A stretch of 64,000 bases of DNA from Patescibacteria group bacterium (GCA_016176685.1 JACOWS010000001.1:78113-142112); one strand, 5' to 3'. Counted from the stretch's first letter, positions 27,385 through 37,738 are shown. Program-made: numbers and translations. The notes: generated by a model not told the origin, from the sequence alone.

Positions 27385-27432
27385 TAAAAACAAAACCCCC
27401 TCCGCCAACTGGCGGAGGGGGTTTTGTTTTTA
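27385..27432. terminator. Bidirectional terminator
   Basis: taaaaacaaaaccccctccgcca-ac-tggcggagggggttttgttttta perfect inverted repeat between convergent genes. Confidence 0.85.
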
Positions 27433-27473
27433 AGGTTCGACCTTGGAGAGCCCTGATTTTAAGGTCGAACCTT
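27432..27473. repeat. aaggttcgacctt/aaggtcgaacctt inverted doublet overlapping the tyrS 3' end
   Basis: Encodes tyrS C-terminal KVRP and overlaps its stop. Confidence 0.88.
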
Positions 27474-28631
27474 AATTCGTACAAATCGGTGCTTGCCGAT
27501 CTTGAGTGTCGCACTCGTAAGCTCGGCTTCAATACTCGCCACTTTTTCTCCGCCAGCTACCTCTACGGCGCCGGCGGCCACCAGCCGGCGCAGTTCTCCT
27601 ATAGAAAGACCGAGGGTCCCCGCTGTATCGCGCAGCTTGGTACCATGGGGAACTACGACCTCCTCTGCGTCGTCCGGCTTCATAAATCCGGCGGCCGCCT
27701 TTTCTGCCGCATCTTTGCCGTGGTAGAGCGTAACAATTTCTTTTGCCAAGCGCATCTTTGCCTCCTTGGGGTGCAGGGCCATTATTTCTTCAATAGCTTC
27801 CGTGGGTACGCGAGTGCAGAGTGTGAAGTATCTCTCAACCAGTTCGTCTTTGACTGACATAATCTTCCCGTACATATCATTTGGCTTGTCGAGGACATTT
27901 ACTACATTACCCCACGACGAACTCATCTTTCGTCCGTCAGTTCCTTCAAGGAGTTCCAGCGTCATGATATCCTGCGGCTCCTGGTTATAAAGCTTTTGAA
28001 TATTTCTTCCAGCCAAAAGGTTGAAGCGCTGGTCCGTGCCGCCAAGTTCGACGTTCGCACGCACGGCGACAGAATCATAACCTTGCATGAGCGGATACAA
28101 CAGTTCATGGAAAGATACCCGCTGTCCCGCATCCATCCTTTTTGAGATGAGCTCGCGGGACGCAAACTCGTTGAGCCCAAACAAGCTCGCCATTTTGGTG
28201 AGTTCGAGAAATCCCAGCTTGTCGAGCCATTTGGAGTTGTAATGAGTCTCGGTCTTTTGCGGGTCGAGTATTTTGAATGCCTGATCAAAATAGGTCTTCA
28301 TGTTTTTCCCGACCCTCTCTTGGGTGAGCATTGGCCTTTCTGCCTCCTTGTCGGAAGTGTCCCCCACGACTCCTGTCGCGTCGCCAACAATAAAGACCGC
28401 CGTGTGACCGAGGTCTTGAAACGCTCTAAGTTTCCAAAGTGCTACCGCGCGGCCGATGTGGAGGTCGGGAGAGGTTGGGTCGATGCCGAGCTTTACGCGT
28501 AGTCGCTCGCCGGAAAGAAGCCGCTTGCGCAGTGAGTCTTTGACAATCACCTCGGTAACCCCGCGGGTCAAGAGCTCGTCCACCTTTTTTTCGTCTGTGA
28601 TAACCCTGGGGTGTCGCGTAAACAGCCGCAT
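27459..28631 (-). CDS. tyrS: Tyrosine--tRNA ligase
   Basis: GIDPTSPDLHIG, YPLMQGYDS, GGTDQ, KMSSS, S4-like tail. Confidence 0.96.
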   Translation of the reverse strand: MRLFTRHPRVITDEKKVDELLTRGVTEVIVKDSLRKRLLSGERLRVKLGIDPTSPDLHIGRAVALWKLRAFQDLGHTAVFIVGDATGVVGDTSDKEAERPMLTQERVGKNMKTYFDQAFKILDPQKTETHYNSKWLDKLGFLELTKMASLFGLNEFASRELISKRMDAGQRVSFHELLYPLMQGYDSVAVRANVELGGTDQRFNLLAGRNIQKLYNQEPQDIMTLELLEGTDGRKMSSSWGNVVNVLDKPNDMYGKIMSVKDELVERYFTLCTRVPTEAIEEIMALHPKEAKMRLAKEIVTLYHGKDAAEKAAAGFMKPDDAEEVVVPHGTKLRDTAGTLGLSIGELRRLVAAGAVEVAGGEKVASIEAELTSATLKIGKHRFVRIKVRP

Positions 28632-28676
28632 ACGCTAGCTACTGTAACATATCCCCGACATGGTAAAATTGCCCGT

Positions 28677-30911
28677 ATGCATTTCTCCAAAAACCACACG
28701 GAGAGCGCGCGGCGCGCCGCAAGAGAAGCCCGCAAAAACTGGCGTACGTTGGCCACGTGGGCTTTGGGCGGTTGTTTTCTTTTTGGCGGGCTGGTGTTTG
28801 TCTGGGCGGCAACCTTGCGCATCCCCGACCTCTCCTCGCTTGAAAACAGAAAGGTTGAGCAGTCGGCAAAAATCTATGATCGCACCGGCACCGTGGTACT
28901 CTATGACCTCAACCAGGACGTGTCGCGCACGCTGGTGCCGCTAGCGTCTATCACTGCCGACCTACAGCACGGAATTATTGCCATAGAAGATCCGAGCTTT
29001 TATCGGCACGGCGGTATTGAGCCGAGGGCTATTTTACGCGCCATACTTGCAGACATCACCCCCGGCGGGGTGACCCAAGGGGGCTCCACTATTACCCAAC
29101 AGGTGGTAAAGAGCACCATACTTACCGGCGACAAAACTATTACGCGAAAACTCAAAGAGTGGATACTCGCAATAAAACTTGAGCGGGTGCTCCCTAAAGA
29201 TCAAATACTGGAGCTCTACCTCAACCAGGTGCCTATGGGTGGCAGTATGTACGGGGTTGAAGAAGCATCGGGAACTTTTTTCAACAAACACGCACAAGAT
29301 GTCACGCTGGCCGAAGCGGCCTACCTGGCGGCTATACTTCCCGCCCCCACCTACTACTCTCCCTATGGTAGTCACAAGGCGGCACTGGACGCGCGCAAAA
29401 ACTTGGTGCTCGACAAAATGTATGAGCATGGATATGTCACGGAGGAGGAGCGCGACCAGGCCAAGGTGGCGCGGGTTGTTTTTGAGCCGCAACGCGCCTC
29501 TTCGATACAGGCGCCGCACTTTGTGTTTTTTGTACGGCAATATCTGGAAGACAAGTATGGCCAGAGTGAGCTACAGGAAAACGGGTGGAAGATAACAACC
29601 ACACTTGATGCCGACCTGCAGGTGCGCGCGGAAGAGATAGTGCGGCGCAACGCTTTGGAAAATACCGACAAATTTAACGCGAGCAATGCGGGGCTCGTGG
29701 CTATTAACCCGCAGACGGGCGAAATTTTGTCCATGGTCGGCTCACGTTATTACTTTGACACGCAGATAGACGGCGCGTTCAATGTCACCGCGTCGGCGCC
29801 TGGGCGGCAACCCGGTTCGGCCTTTAAACCTTTTGCCTATGCCGAGGCATTTATCAAAGGGTATACGCCCGACACCGCGCTGTTTGACCTCCGCACCCAG
29901 TTCCAAACCACCTGCCCGCCCGACAATATGACCAGTGTGGGCGACTGCTACTCGCCCGTTAACTACGACGACCAGTTCCGCGGGCCGATGACCATGCGCG
30001 AGGCGCTGGCGCAGTCTATCAATGTGCCGTCGGTCAAGGTGTTGTACCTTGCGGGTATTTCGGACACCTTACGGCTTGCAAAAGCTATGGGTATTACCAC
30101 GCTCGGCGACCCTAACCAGTACGGACTTACGCTGGTGCTGGGAGGCGGTGAAGTAACCCCACTTGATATAACGAGTGCCTACGGCGTGTTTGCCAACAAC
30201 GGCGTGCGGCTAGACCCTATTGTCGTACTGCGAGTAGAAAATCCCGACGGCAGCGTGGTCGAGGACAACTCCAGGCGCCAAGGCACGCAAGTACTACCAA
30301 AAGAGGTTGCAGAAAAAATAAACGATATACTCTCCGACCCCGTTGCAAGGGCCCCTTTGGGAGAAAACCAGTATCTCTCCTTCCCCGGCCGTGACGTGGC
30401 GGTCAAAACCGGCACCACCAACAACTACCGCGATGCGTGGACCATCGGCTACACGCCAAACCTGGCTATGGGTATCTGGGTGGGCAACAACAACAACACG
30501 TCTATGGTTAAAAAAGTATCTGGGTTTATTGTGGGGCCGATGTGGCATGAGTTTATGCAGTATGCGCTTTCCAAAGTGCCGGCGCAGTCTTTTACCCGCA
30601 ACGAATACAGTAGTGCGGGGCAGAAGCCGGTTTTGCGCGGCGTATGGCAGGGCGAAGATAGCTATGTGCAAAACGGCATAGAGTTTGTAACACGCTCGGT
30701 CCACTCAATACTCAATTGGGTCGACAAAAACAACCCTAATGGTCCGTTACCGCAAGACCCCGGGCAGGACCCACAGTATGAGCGGTGGGAGTATCCGGTG
30801 CGCCTGTGGGCACAGCAAAACAACTACGTTGACGGTGTACCGGTCCCGGTTGGCCCCGCACCAACCACAACCCCCAGCCCTTTTCCTCTCCTACTCACTC
30901 CAGCGCAGTAG
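28677..30911 (+). CDS. Class A penicillin-binding protein (PBP1A family)
   Basis: ED..FY.H.G, GGSTITQQ, RKLKE glycosyltransferase motifs; SAFK, SIN and KTG transpeptidase motifs. Confidence 0.95.
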   Translation: MHFSKNHTESARRAAREARKNWRTLATWALGGCFLFGGLVFVWAATLRIPDLSSLENRKVEQSAKIYDRTGTVVLYDLNQDVSRTLVPLASITADLQHGIIAIEDPSFYRHGGIEPRAILRAILADITPGGVTQGGSTITQQVVKSTILTGDKTITRKLKEWILAIKLERVLPKDQILELYLNQVPMGGSMYGVEEASGTFFNKHAQDVTLAEAAYLAAILPAPTYYSPYGSHKAALDARKNLVLDKMYEHGYVTEEERDQAKVARVVFEPQRASSIQAPHFVFFVRQYLEDKYGQSELQENGWKITTTLDADLQVRAEEIVRRNALENTDKFNASNAGLVAINPQTGEILSMVGSRYYFDTQIDGAFNVTASAPGRQPGSAFKPFAYAEAFIKGYTPDTALFDLRTQFQTTCPPDNMTSVGDCYSPVNYDDQFRGPMTMREALAQSINVPSVKVLYLAGISDTLRLAKAMGITTLGDPNQYGLTLVLGGGEVTPLDITSAYGVFANNGVRLDPIVVLRVENPDGSVVEDNSRRQGTQVLPKEVAEKINDILSDPVARAPLGENQYLSFPGRDVAVKTGTTNNYRDAWTIGYTPNLAMGIWVGNNNNTSMVKKVSGFIVGPMWHEFMQYALSKVPAQSFTRNEYSSAGQKPVLRGVWQGEDSYVQNGIEFVTRSVHSILNWVDKNNPNGPLPQDPGQDPQYERWEYPVRLWAQQNNYVDGVPVPVGPAPTTTPSPFPLLLTPAQ

Positions 30912-30932
30912 GTTACATATCCAATATTGAAA

Positions 30933-31550
30933 CTATACTTGGTAGCCATAATTTAAAAGCACGGCCCTAAATGATTGATAATCTTTGTATTGTTGGCCAT
31001 TAAACCCAGCCTTATTTGAATTCTGTATGTTTTCATCACGATCATCCCAATACATAATTTCTCCCTTCTCAAATATATTGTATTTTTCTTTAATCCTTTG
31101 ATATATCTTTTCTAAACCTTCAAGGCTGTGTTTGTATACACCCAGACTAGCAGAACAGAATATTTCATCAAAAACCTTACTGTAGGAATATTTGCGCACT
31201 AAATATTGATTTCGATATTTTTCTTGGTTAGTTGCCACACAAACAACCAACCCTTGTTTTTTAAGTTTAGCGATTGACGCGTAAACATCTTCATACAACA
31301 CATTACCAACCGCAAACCAATACTGCATCAGTTCATCGACCGTGCCTTTCCATTTCCATATTTCTACCACTTGTGCAAGTTCCTCTCTGAGGTCTGCTTT
31401 ACCTGTTAGACATTTTTTAAACGGTCCGTCGAAGAAAGGCATCATGGTGGTAAGGTCCACACCAAACTCTTTTGAGTATTGATCACTAAAACGGCCACCG
31501 TGAATTATCATGCCATCATTGTCATAAATTATTACTTTTGGCTTTTTCAT
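30933..31550 (-). CDS. HAD-superfamily hydrolase
   Basis: YDNDG motif I, ATNQ, WDD; AT-rich. Confidence 0.8.
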   Translation of the reverse strand: MKKPKVIIYDNDGMIIHGGRFSDQYSKEFGVDLTTMMPFFDGPFKKCLTGKADLREELAQVVEIWKWKGTVDELMQYWFAVGNVLYEDVYASIAKLKKQGLVVCVATNQEKYRNQYLVRKYSYSKVFDEIFCSASLGVYKHSLEGLEKIYQRIKEKYNIFEKGEIMYWDDRDENIQNSNKAGFNGQQYKDYQSFRAVLLNYGYQV

Positions 31551-31591
31551 AAAACTTGATTTGCTAGCTGCGCGAGGCAGTATCGATAACA

Positions 31592-32002
31592 TCAATCAAA
31601 AGGGTTAATTCCTTTCTTGAGGTAGTTACGAATAGGGAGAAAAAGTGGTGAGGGAAGGTCGTCCCATACAAACCATTCCCAACACTCGCACTTTTCTGGC
31701 TCTCTTAACTCAACATTTCCAGACTTCCAATCCGCAACAACAAAAATGGTAACGTAGTGTTTTTTATCCTTTTCAAATAGGTCATTTGTATAGGTACTCT
31801 GTTTTATATTTTTTATTTTTATACCAACTTCCTCTTCAACTTCCCTTGCCGCACATTCTTCAACACTTTCCCAAAATTCAAGATGTCCGCCAGCAAAACA
31901 CCAGGATCCTTCACCGTGAGCATTTTTCCTTTTTCCCAAAAGCACTTTATTGTCTTTTTTAACAATTACTCCGACTCCTACTTTTGGTCTTTGATTTTCC
32001 AT
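31592..32002 (-). CDS. NUDIX hydrolase (MutT-like)
   Basis: GGHLEFWESVEECAAREVEEEVG Nudix box; EPEKC..WEW. Confidence 0.9.
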   Translation of the reverse strand: MENQRPKVGVGVIVKKDNKVLLGKRKNAHGEGSWCFAGGHLEFWESVEECAAREVEEEVGIKIKNIKQSTYTNDLFEKDKKHYVTIFVVADWKSGNVELREPEKCECWEWFVWDDLPSPLFLPIRNYLKKGINPFD

Positions 32003-32012
32003 TTTATAAAAC

Positions 32013-33110
32013 CTACCGGTTCATGGGCATGGCGAGGTAGAGGAAGGACTCGTCGGAGGAGTCTCTTACCAAAAGCGGTTTGCCGGGGCCGTTAGTCTGT
32101 AGGCGGACACTGTCGCCCACAATAGATTGTAAGCTGTCTGACAGGTAACGACTGTTAAAGTTCATGGTAGCCATTTCGCCGGAAATAGTGGCTTGTATAG
32201 TGGTGGTTTGCTCGCCGACATCCGGGTTGCGCGAGGAAAGGAGTATGGATTTTTTTGAAGGTTCAAAAGTAAGCGACACCTGAGAAAATTTGTCGGAAAA
32301 TATGGAGAGTGATTTAAGCGCCTGTGCAACATCCTCCCTAAGTACAATGGCTTCTGTGGTAAACGTTTTTGGTATTATTTGTTTATAGTTTGGGAATGCA
32401 CCGTCTATAATCCTACTGGTGTAATATACATTCCCCACCTGTGTGGATATCTGATTTTCGTTGTAATAGAGCACGGTTTCTCCTCCCACCACTTCCAAAA
32501 TACGCACCAGTTCTGCAACATTTCTAGATGGTATGAGTAATTGCGGTACATTTCCACCAGACCGCAGTGCTATGGTTTTTTCAGCAAGACGGAAGGAGTC
32601 TGTGGCGGCGGATATGATTTTTCCTCCCTCACCATACACCAAAACGCTTTGAAGTTCCGGTTTTATTGTTGATGTTGAGGTACTATACATCACACTACGC
32701 AGTAGTTTCACAAAATCTGCTGATTTTATTGAAAAAGATGCTGTTGCTGACACGCGCGGCAGTGCCGGAAAGTCTTCATGTGGAATTGTTTTTATTGAAG
32801 CCGTAGAGCGTTCTGTTTCTAATTTACACATCTCTCCCACTAAAGTAACCGAGGTTGTTTTACCGCGCGCATTACTCAAAAAACCGGCTAATATGGAACC
32901 TGGTATGGCAACAGTTCCTTTTTCATTAACTTTTGCCGGTATAGAAATCTCTACACCACACTCAAGATTTGTTGCGTGCAATACTACCCGACCTCCATCC
33001 GCAGTCACAAGGATACTGGAGAGTACCGGTAAGTTTGCTCGCCGTTCAATAAACCTAACCACGGTAGCAACAGCAGTACTAAACTCTTGCGTATTACAAT
33101 TAAACTTCAT
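32013..33110 (-). CDS. dnaN: DNA polymerase III beta clamp
   Basis: ATNLE, FPALP, ATDSFRLAE, G.FPNY, MPM; downstream of dnaA. Confidence 0.97.
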   Translation of the reverse strand: MKFNCNTQEFSTAVATVVRFIERRANLPVLSSILVTADGGRVVLHATNLECGVEISIPAKVNEKGTVAIPGSILAGFLSNARGKTTSVTLVGEMCKLETERSTASIKTIPHEDFPALPRVSATASFSIKSADFVKLLRSVMYSTSTSTIKPELQSVLVYGEGGKIISAATDSFRLAEKTIALRSGGNVPQLLIPSRNVAELVRILEVVGGETVLYYNENQISTQVGNVYYTSRIIDGAFPNYKQIIPKTFTTEAIVLREDVAQALKSLSIFSDKFSQVSLTFEPSKKSILLSSRNPDVGEQTTTIQATISGEMATMNFNSRYLSDSLQSIVGDSVRLQTNGPGKPLLVRDSSDESFLYLAMPMNR

Positions 33111-33319
33111 AACTTTCTAATTATTTTCTTATATATAAAAGATTAGTGCTATTAGGGTTGTGTATAGCCTTAATAACCTTAATAAATGTTGTTATATATA
33201 GTAATATAGGGAAAAAACTAGACGTATAGGTTGGTGATTGTGTCTCATAAGTTTGTATATAATTCTGTAAAAATATTTTTTTGTTTTTTATTTTCATACA
33301 TTTCCCTACTATATACACA
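33111..33319. other. Probable oriC (dnaA-dnaN spacer)
   Basis: Very AT-rich; degenerate DnaA boxes at 33159-33167 (tgtgtatag), 33254-33262 (tgtatataa) and 33311-33319 (atatacaca). Confidence 0.75.
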
Positions 33320-34654
33320 CTATTTCAACATAAGGCGTATTTGATGCACCTCTTGCCCTAATAAACTGTCGGTTATGATATCTCTTTTTACTTTGTCACA
33401 TGAGTGTATAACGGTGGTATGATCTCGACCACCCATTTTGTCTCCTATTGATGGGAAAGAGATATGAAAATCTTCACGTAAAATATACATAATAACCTGT
33501 CGCGGCCGCACTATCTCCTTTCGACGTGTTTTTTCGTAAATACTATTTTCATCAATACCGTAGAAGTCTGCAATAGTTTTTACCACCTCTTGTACCGACA
33601 CCACTTTTTTAGGGCTGCCTGCGCCACGCAGTAATACCTTTGCATCGGCGAGGGTTAGTTCGCGCCCGCGCATCTCAAAGTTTATAAGAAGAGTATTAAG
33701 CGCACCCTCAAGCTCACGCACATTCCCTTCCACAGTACTGGCAAGGTATTCAAGCACCTCGTCTGGGAGTATAAAGTTGTGTTGTATTGCTTTGGTTCGC
33801 ACAATAGCGAGCCGCGATTCGTGGTCCGGTGCGGTTATTGAAACGATCATACCCGCGTTGAAACGAGACTTTATTCTGTCTTCGAGATTTTGTATAAGGT
33901 TGGGATGCTGGTCTGAAGAAAAGACCAATTGTTTGTTACTGTCATGCAGGAAGTTAAAAAGGTGAAAAAATTCTTCCTTCGTTTTTTCCATTTTTGCCAA
34001 AAACTGCACATCGTCCATTATTAAAAGATCATATTGCCGGTATTTTTCCTTAAACCACTGCATCTTGCCCGACTGTACCGAGGACACATAGTCCATAGCG
34101 AACTTTTCAGACGTGAGGTAATGTACTTTTCGATCCGGAGTGCTCACTCTAAAATGGTTTCCTATTGCCTGTATAAGGTGTGTTTTACCCAAACCGGTTG
34201 GTCCGTACACTAAAAGCGGATTGTAGGCGATACCCGGACTACGTATAACGGCTTGCGCGGCCGCATGTGCCAGCTCGTTAAAAGGCCCCACCACAAATGA
34301 GGAAAAGGAAAAACGCGGGTTAAGGTTTGTTTTTGTATGGACCGCTTCGAGTTGGAGCTCGGTGGGTGCCGCGGGCGGCCGCATCTCCTCGATTGCCTTT
34401 TTGGGCCCGCGGGAGATAACATACTCCACATTGCGTATAGAGTCGGAAAGATTGCGTAAAGAGCCGAGAATATCTTTATGAAATTTAGTAGAGAGCCAAT
34501 CGCGGGCAAATTGTGATGGCACACCAAGGTGCACCACGCCGTCGTCTACCCGTAGTATGTGTGTATCTTTAAACCAGGTATTAAAATTAGGCCGCGAGAT
34601 AGAAATTTCAAGCTCCACTAATGCGTTTTCCCAAAGTTCTTTCGTGGTAGTCAT
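33320..34654 (-). CDS. dnaA: Chromosomal replication initiator DnaA
   Basis: [37 protein letters not shown]. Confidence 0.98.
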   Translation of the reverse strand: MTTTKELWENALVELEISISRPNFNTWFKDTHILRVDDGVVHLGVPSQFARDWLSTKFHKDILGSLRNLSDSIRNVEYVISRGPKKAIEEMRPPAAPTELQLEAVHTKTNLNPRFSFSSFVVGPFNELAHAAAQAVIRSPGIAYNPLLVYGPTGLGKTHLIQAIGNHFRVSTPDRKVHYLTSEKFAMDYVSSVQSGKMQWFKEKYRQYDLLIMDDVQFLAKMEKTKEEFFHLFNFLHDSNKQLVFSSDQHPNLIQNLEDRIKSRFNAGMIVSITAPDHESRLAIVRTKAIQHNFILPDEVLEYLASTVEGNVRELEGALNTLLINFEMRGRELTLADAKVLLRGAGSPKKVVSVQEVVKTIADFYGIDENSIYEKTRRKEIVRPRQVIMYILREDFHISFPSIGDKMGGRDHTTVIHSCDKVKRDIITDSLLGQEVHQIRLMLK

Positions 34655-34768
34655 ACGGGTGTGCGGTACGACAAGGATACGCGAGCGAACCCAATGCGTC
34701 AAAAATCGTTCCATTACCTTTTTTGTGCACAAGTTGTGGAGAATTGGTGGATATCGTATAGTAGACAG
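34655..34768. promoter_or_regulatory. dnaA/rpmH divergent promoter region with DnaA-box-like sites
   Basis: tgtgcacaa, tgtggagaa, ggtggatat; TATAGT before rpmH. Confidence 0.55.
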
Positions 34769-34903
34769 ATGTCGCAAACATACCAACCTAAAAAAAGAAA
34801 AAGAGCCCGCACGCACGGGTTTCTTAAGCGCTCCAAGAGCACCAGCGGCCGCAGGACCCTTGCTCGCCGCCGTCGCAAGGGGCGGGCGCGCATTGCAGTG
34901 TAA
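34769..34903 (+). CDS. rpmH: 50S ribosomal protein L34
   Basis: [16 protein letters not shown]...[11 protein letters not shown]. Confidence 0.97.
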   Translation: MSQTYQPKKRKRARTHGFLKRSKSTSGRRTLARRRRKGRARIAV

Positions 34904-34918
34904 GGTTATAGTGGCACT

Positions 34919-35182
34919 ATGCTCTCAAAACAGAGACGCTTACGTGCAAAAGAGGTGCAAACAGTGCTTAGAGAGGGCCGCTCTATGCGCTGCGGACCCT
35001 ACCGGGCCAAATTCTTTGCCATAGAGGCGCCACTGCGTATTGCAGTAGTCGTTTCAAAAAAAGTGGCCCGTTTGTCAGTAGAAAGGAGCAAGCTGCGCCG
35101 CCAAGCGTACCAAGCCACTACCGCCCTCCCCTTACCCCACACGGGCCAAATAGTCTTATTTGTTGATCGTGTACAATCGTAA
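34919..35182 (+). CDS. rnpA: RNase P protein component (short)
   Basis: MLSKQRRL, VVSKKV..SVER.KLRR; position after rpmH. Confidence 0.85.
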   Translation: MLSKQRRLRAKEVQTVLREGRSMRCGPYRAKFFAIEAPLRIAVVVSKKVARLSVERSKLRRQAYQATTALPLPHTGQIVLFVDRVQS

Positions 35183-35185
35183 TAC

Positions 35186-35902
35186 ATGTTCCAGACATAC
35201 TTAGTTGAGCCGCTCTATAATATGTTTATATTCCTCATCGGCGTTATGCCGGGCGGCGATGTGGGGCTGGCTATTATCGCACTCACCCTTATGGTGCGTA
35301 TTGTGTTTTACCCGGCATTTACCGCCTCTATCCGCACCCAAATGGGCATGCAGGCCGTGCAGGGCGAGCTTGATGAAATAAACAAACTATACAAAAACAA
35401 TGCAGAGGAGCGCGGCCGGCGCACCATGGCCCTGTTTAAAGAGCACAAGGTCCGGCCTTTTGCCAGTATTGTTGCCCTTATGGTGCAAATACCCATCTTT
35501 CTCGCACTATACTTTACTTTTTTGCGGGAGGGGCTCCCCAACATATCGACCAACCTCCTCTACTCGTTCGTGCAGGTACCATCCACTATTAATGTAGAGT
35601 TTTTAGGAATACTCAACCTCCTTTCCGCGCACGTTATTCCTCTTGCTCTGGTGGTTGGCGGCTTGCAGTATTTGGTGGCGCGCTACTCTTTGGCGCGCGC
35701 ACCACAGCCGAACGTGGCCAAAGAGCGCACTGCGGCGCACCATATGCAGCAGCGCATGCTGCTCTACTTTTTACCGGCGGTGATAGCGGTGGTTTCCTAC
35801 ACTCTGCCAGCGGCGGCGGGGCTCTACTTCACCGCCGGCAACCTTATTTCGCTCGGCCAGGAGTGGCTTATCAGGCGGAATGTTGGGGTTAAAACGCCAT
35901 AA
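35186..35902 (+). CDS. yidC: Membrane protein insertase YidC/Oxa1
   Basis: GLAIIALT..VR, QIPIFLALY, LY...NL. Confidence 0.93.
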   Translation: MFQTYLVEPLYNMFIFLIGVMPGGDVGLAIIALTLMVRIVFYPAFTASIRTQMGMQAVQGELDEINKLYKNNAEERGRRTMALFKEHKVRPFASIVALMVQIPIFLALYFTFLREGLPNISTNLLYSFVQVPSTINVEFLGILNLLSAHVIPLALVVGGLQYLVARYSLARAPQPNVAKERTAAHHMQQRMLLYFLPAVIAVVSYTLPAAAGLYFTAGNLISLGQEWLIRRNVGVKTP

Positions 35903-35940
35903 CGTTGCAAAGAGCGGGTGCTCTGGGGTATGGTGTCCTC

Positions 35941-36387
35941 ATGAGCTCTCAACTCCTTATCGAAACCGTTTCCACCCTCCTCTCGCTCCTGGGGCTTGAT
36001 GTGGAAGATATAGCCGTGTCCGAGGGTCACCGCACCGTGGTTGCCGTGACCTCCAAGGACCACCAACACCTCATTGGGCCGCGCGGCGAGCACCTGCGCG
36101 CGCTCAACACCGTGGCGCGCCGACTGGTGGAGACAAAACACGGCGAGGGCGCGGCGGCTTTTCTTATAGACATCAACGGCTACCATGAAGAGAAAATGGA
36201 GGTGGTGCGCCAAAACGCGCGCATGCTGGCCCAGCGCGCGCGGCTTTTTAAACACGATGTAGAAATGGGCCCTATGAGCTCATACGAGCGTTTGGTTGTA
36301 CACGAATTATTTGCAGACGACCCAGAGATAAAAACCGAGTCCGCGGGCGAAGGTAAGCACCGCCATGTGGTGCTGAAGTGCAGGTAG
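35941..36387 (+). CDS. jag: Jag/EloR-like KH + R3H protein
   Basis: LIGPRGE.L.AL, DINGY, PMSSYERLVVH, S.GEG..R.V. Confidence 0.88.
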   Translation: MSSQLLIETVSTLLSLLGLDVEDIAVSEGHRTVVAVTSKDHQHLIGPRGEHLRALNTVARRLVETKHGEGAAAFLIDINGYHEEKMEVVRQNARMLAQRARLFKHDVEMGPMSSYERLVVHELFADDPEIKTESAGEGKHRHVVLKCR

Positions 36388-36394
36388 AGGTTTC

Positions 36395-36494
36395 GCAAAA
36401 AACAGGCGTGGGGGAGAGCGGGAATTTCCTGCTGATAAATTCCCTCGCCTCGGCGCCGTCGCGCCTCAGACTCTCCCCCACGCCTGTTTTTTGC
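36395..36494. repeat. 100-bp hairpin with 24-bp perfect arms; probable bidirectional terminator
   Basis: gcaaaaaacaggcgtgggggagag / ctctcccccacgcctgttttttgc enclosing two small internal stems. Confidence 0.8.
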
Positions 36495-36499
36495 TTTCT

Positions 36500-37735
36500 C
36501 TACTGCGTTAACCTAACTCCCCACAGGGCTTGGTTGCCTTGCGCGACAAACACCAGATAGCGGTCGTCCGACGATAGTGCAAAAGTTTCTATAGCCCCCA
36601 CGACCCCGCCGTCTTTTGAGCCGGGCAGTGCCGCAAGGTTGCTCAAACCGGTAGACACGCTGAACGAAAGGACACTCTCCGCCACACTCCCCAACCCTTG
36701 GTGCCAGAGGTCAAGGTAGTTGCTTTGGGTAAACTGGAGCGGTGCGGCACAGTACAGCAGGTCGGTTTTTGCCGCGCTCCAGACGCATTTCTCCGGGAAC
36801 GGGTCGAAGGAAAGCGCAATATCTGTCCCGCTTCCCACATTGCGCACATAGGTGGGGTGTACGTCTCCCGCCGCAGATGTTTTTTGATATACCACGTGAG
36901 AAAAGGTGTTGTCAGCCAGCGCGGTGAGCCCCGCCGCATACAAGAGCGGCACCACCGAGCCGCTTTTAACCCCGATAGAAAACAACATGCCTGGTACGCC
37001 GGCCGCAGATTTAGTCTGTACCAGTAAAGTGTTTAGCGAGGGCCACGAAAGCAAAAGCTCGGTAAGCGGAAGAGAAAATAACTTTTTACTGCCGGTGCCA
37101 TCTGCTTTTGCGGTATACCCGTCGGCCCCACGTGCGGTAACAAGCAGGTACGCAACCTGTGTGCCGTCGGGCGAGGCGGCGATACTCGCTATGTTGTCCG
37201 GCAAAAACTGGATACGTATCGGTGCTGGTGTGCTTGAGGTGGTGGTTGCGGGCGGGAGCGACACATGCACGCTTTTGAGCACGCCGCTGTCAAAGTATTG
37301 GAAGACCACCCCCTCTCCCCCCTCGGTCCATAGTGTGCGCACCACACCGGGGATAGTGGTGTTTGACACGGCGCGCGGTACCGAGCCGGGCGAGTCGAGC
37401 GGGAGGTCGAATATATGCCCGTTGCTTGCGAGCACGTAGCGGGCCATGGTGGTGGTGGGGTGGAGTGTTTGAACCAAGGTGGCGCCAGCAACAGGTCCTG
37501 TGGCCACCAAAAATATCTTCTGTGTGCTCGCTTGGCCGGCGATGGGCTGCAGGTTGTTGGTGTCGCTGCCGCCACTGCCAGTGCCAACGGTAGAAACATT
37601 ACTCCCGGTGCCAAAAGCCGGGCCGTTTGTGGATGTGGGGAGTGCGGCTGGCGCGCGGAAAAAGAAAAACCACGCGGCAAATACCAAAATACTGATGCCA
37701 ACAACTCCCATCACTATTTGTGTTGCTTTGGTCAT
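36500..37735 (-). CDS. Membrane-anchored extracellular protein, probable beta-propeller
   Basis: N-terminal TM, S/T/G linker, SPDG.QVAY and SSDDRYLVF blade-like motifs. Confidence 0.7.
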   Translation of the reverse strand: MTKATQIVMGVVGISILVFAAWFFFFRAPAALPTSTNGPAFGTGSNVSTVGTGSGGSDTNNLQPIAGQASTQKIFLVATGPVAGATLVQTLHPTTTMARYVLASNGHIFDLPLDSPGSVPRAVSNTTIPGVVRTLWTEGGEGVVFQYFDSGVLKSVHVSLPPATTTSSTPAPIRIQFLPDNIASIAASPDGTQVAYLLVTARGADGYTAKADGTGSKKLFSLPLTELLLSWPSLNTLLVQTKSAAGVPGMLFSIGVKSGSVVPLLYAAGLTALADNTFSHVVYQKTSAAGDVHPTYVRNVGSGTDIALSFDPFPEKCVWSAAKTDLLYCAAPLQFTQSNYLDLWHQGLGSVAESVLSFSVSTGLSNLAALPGSKDGGVVGAIETFALSSDDRYLVFVAQGNQALWGVRLTQ

Positions 37736-37738
37736 AAT

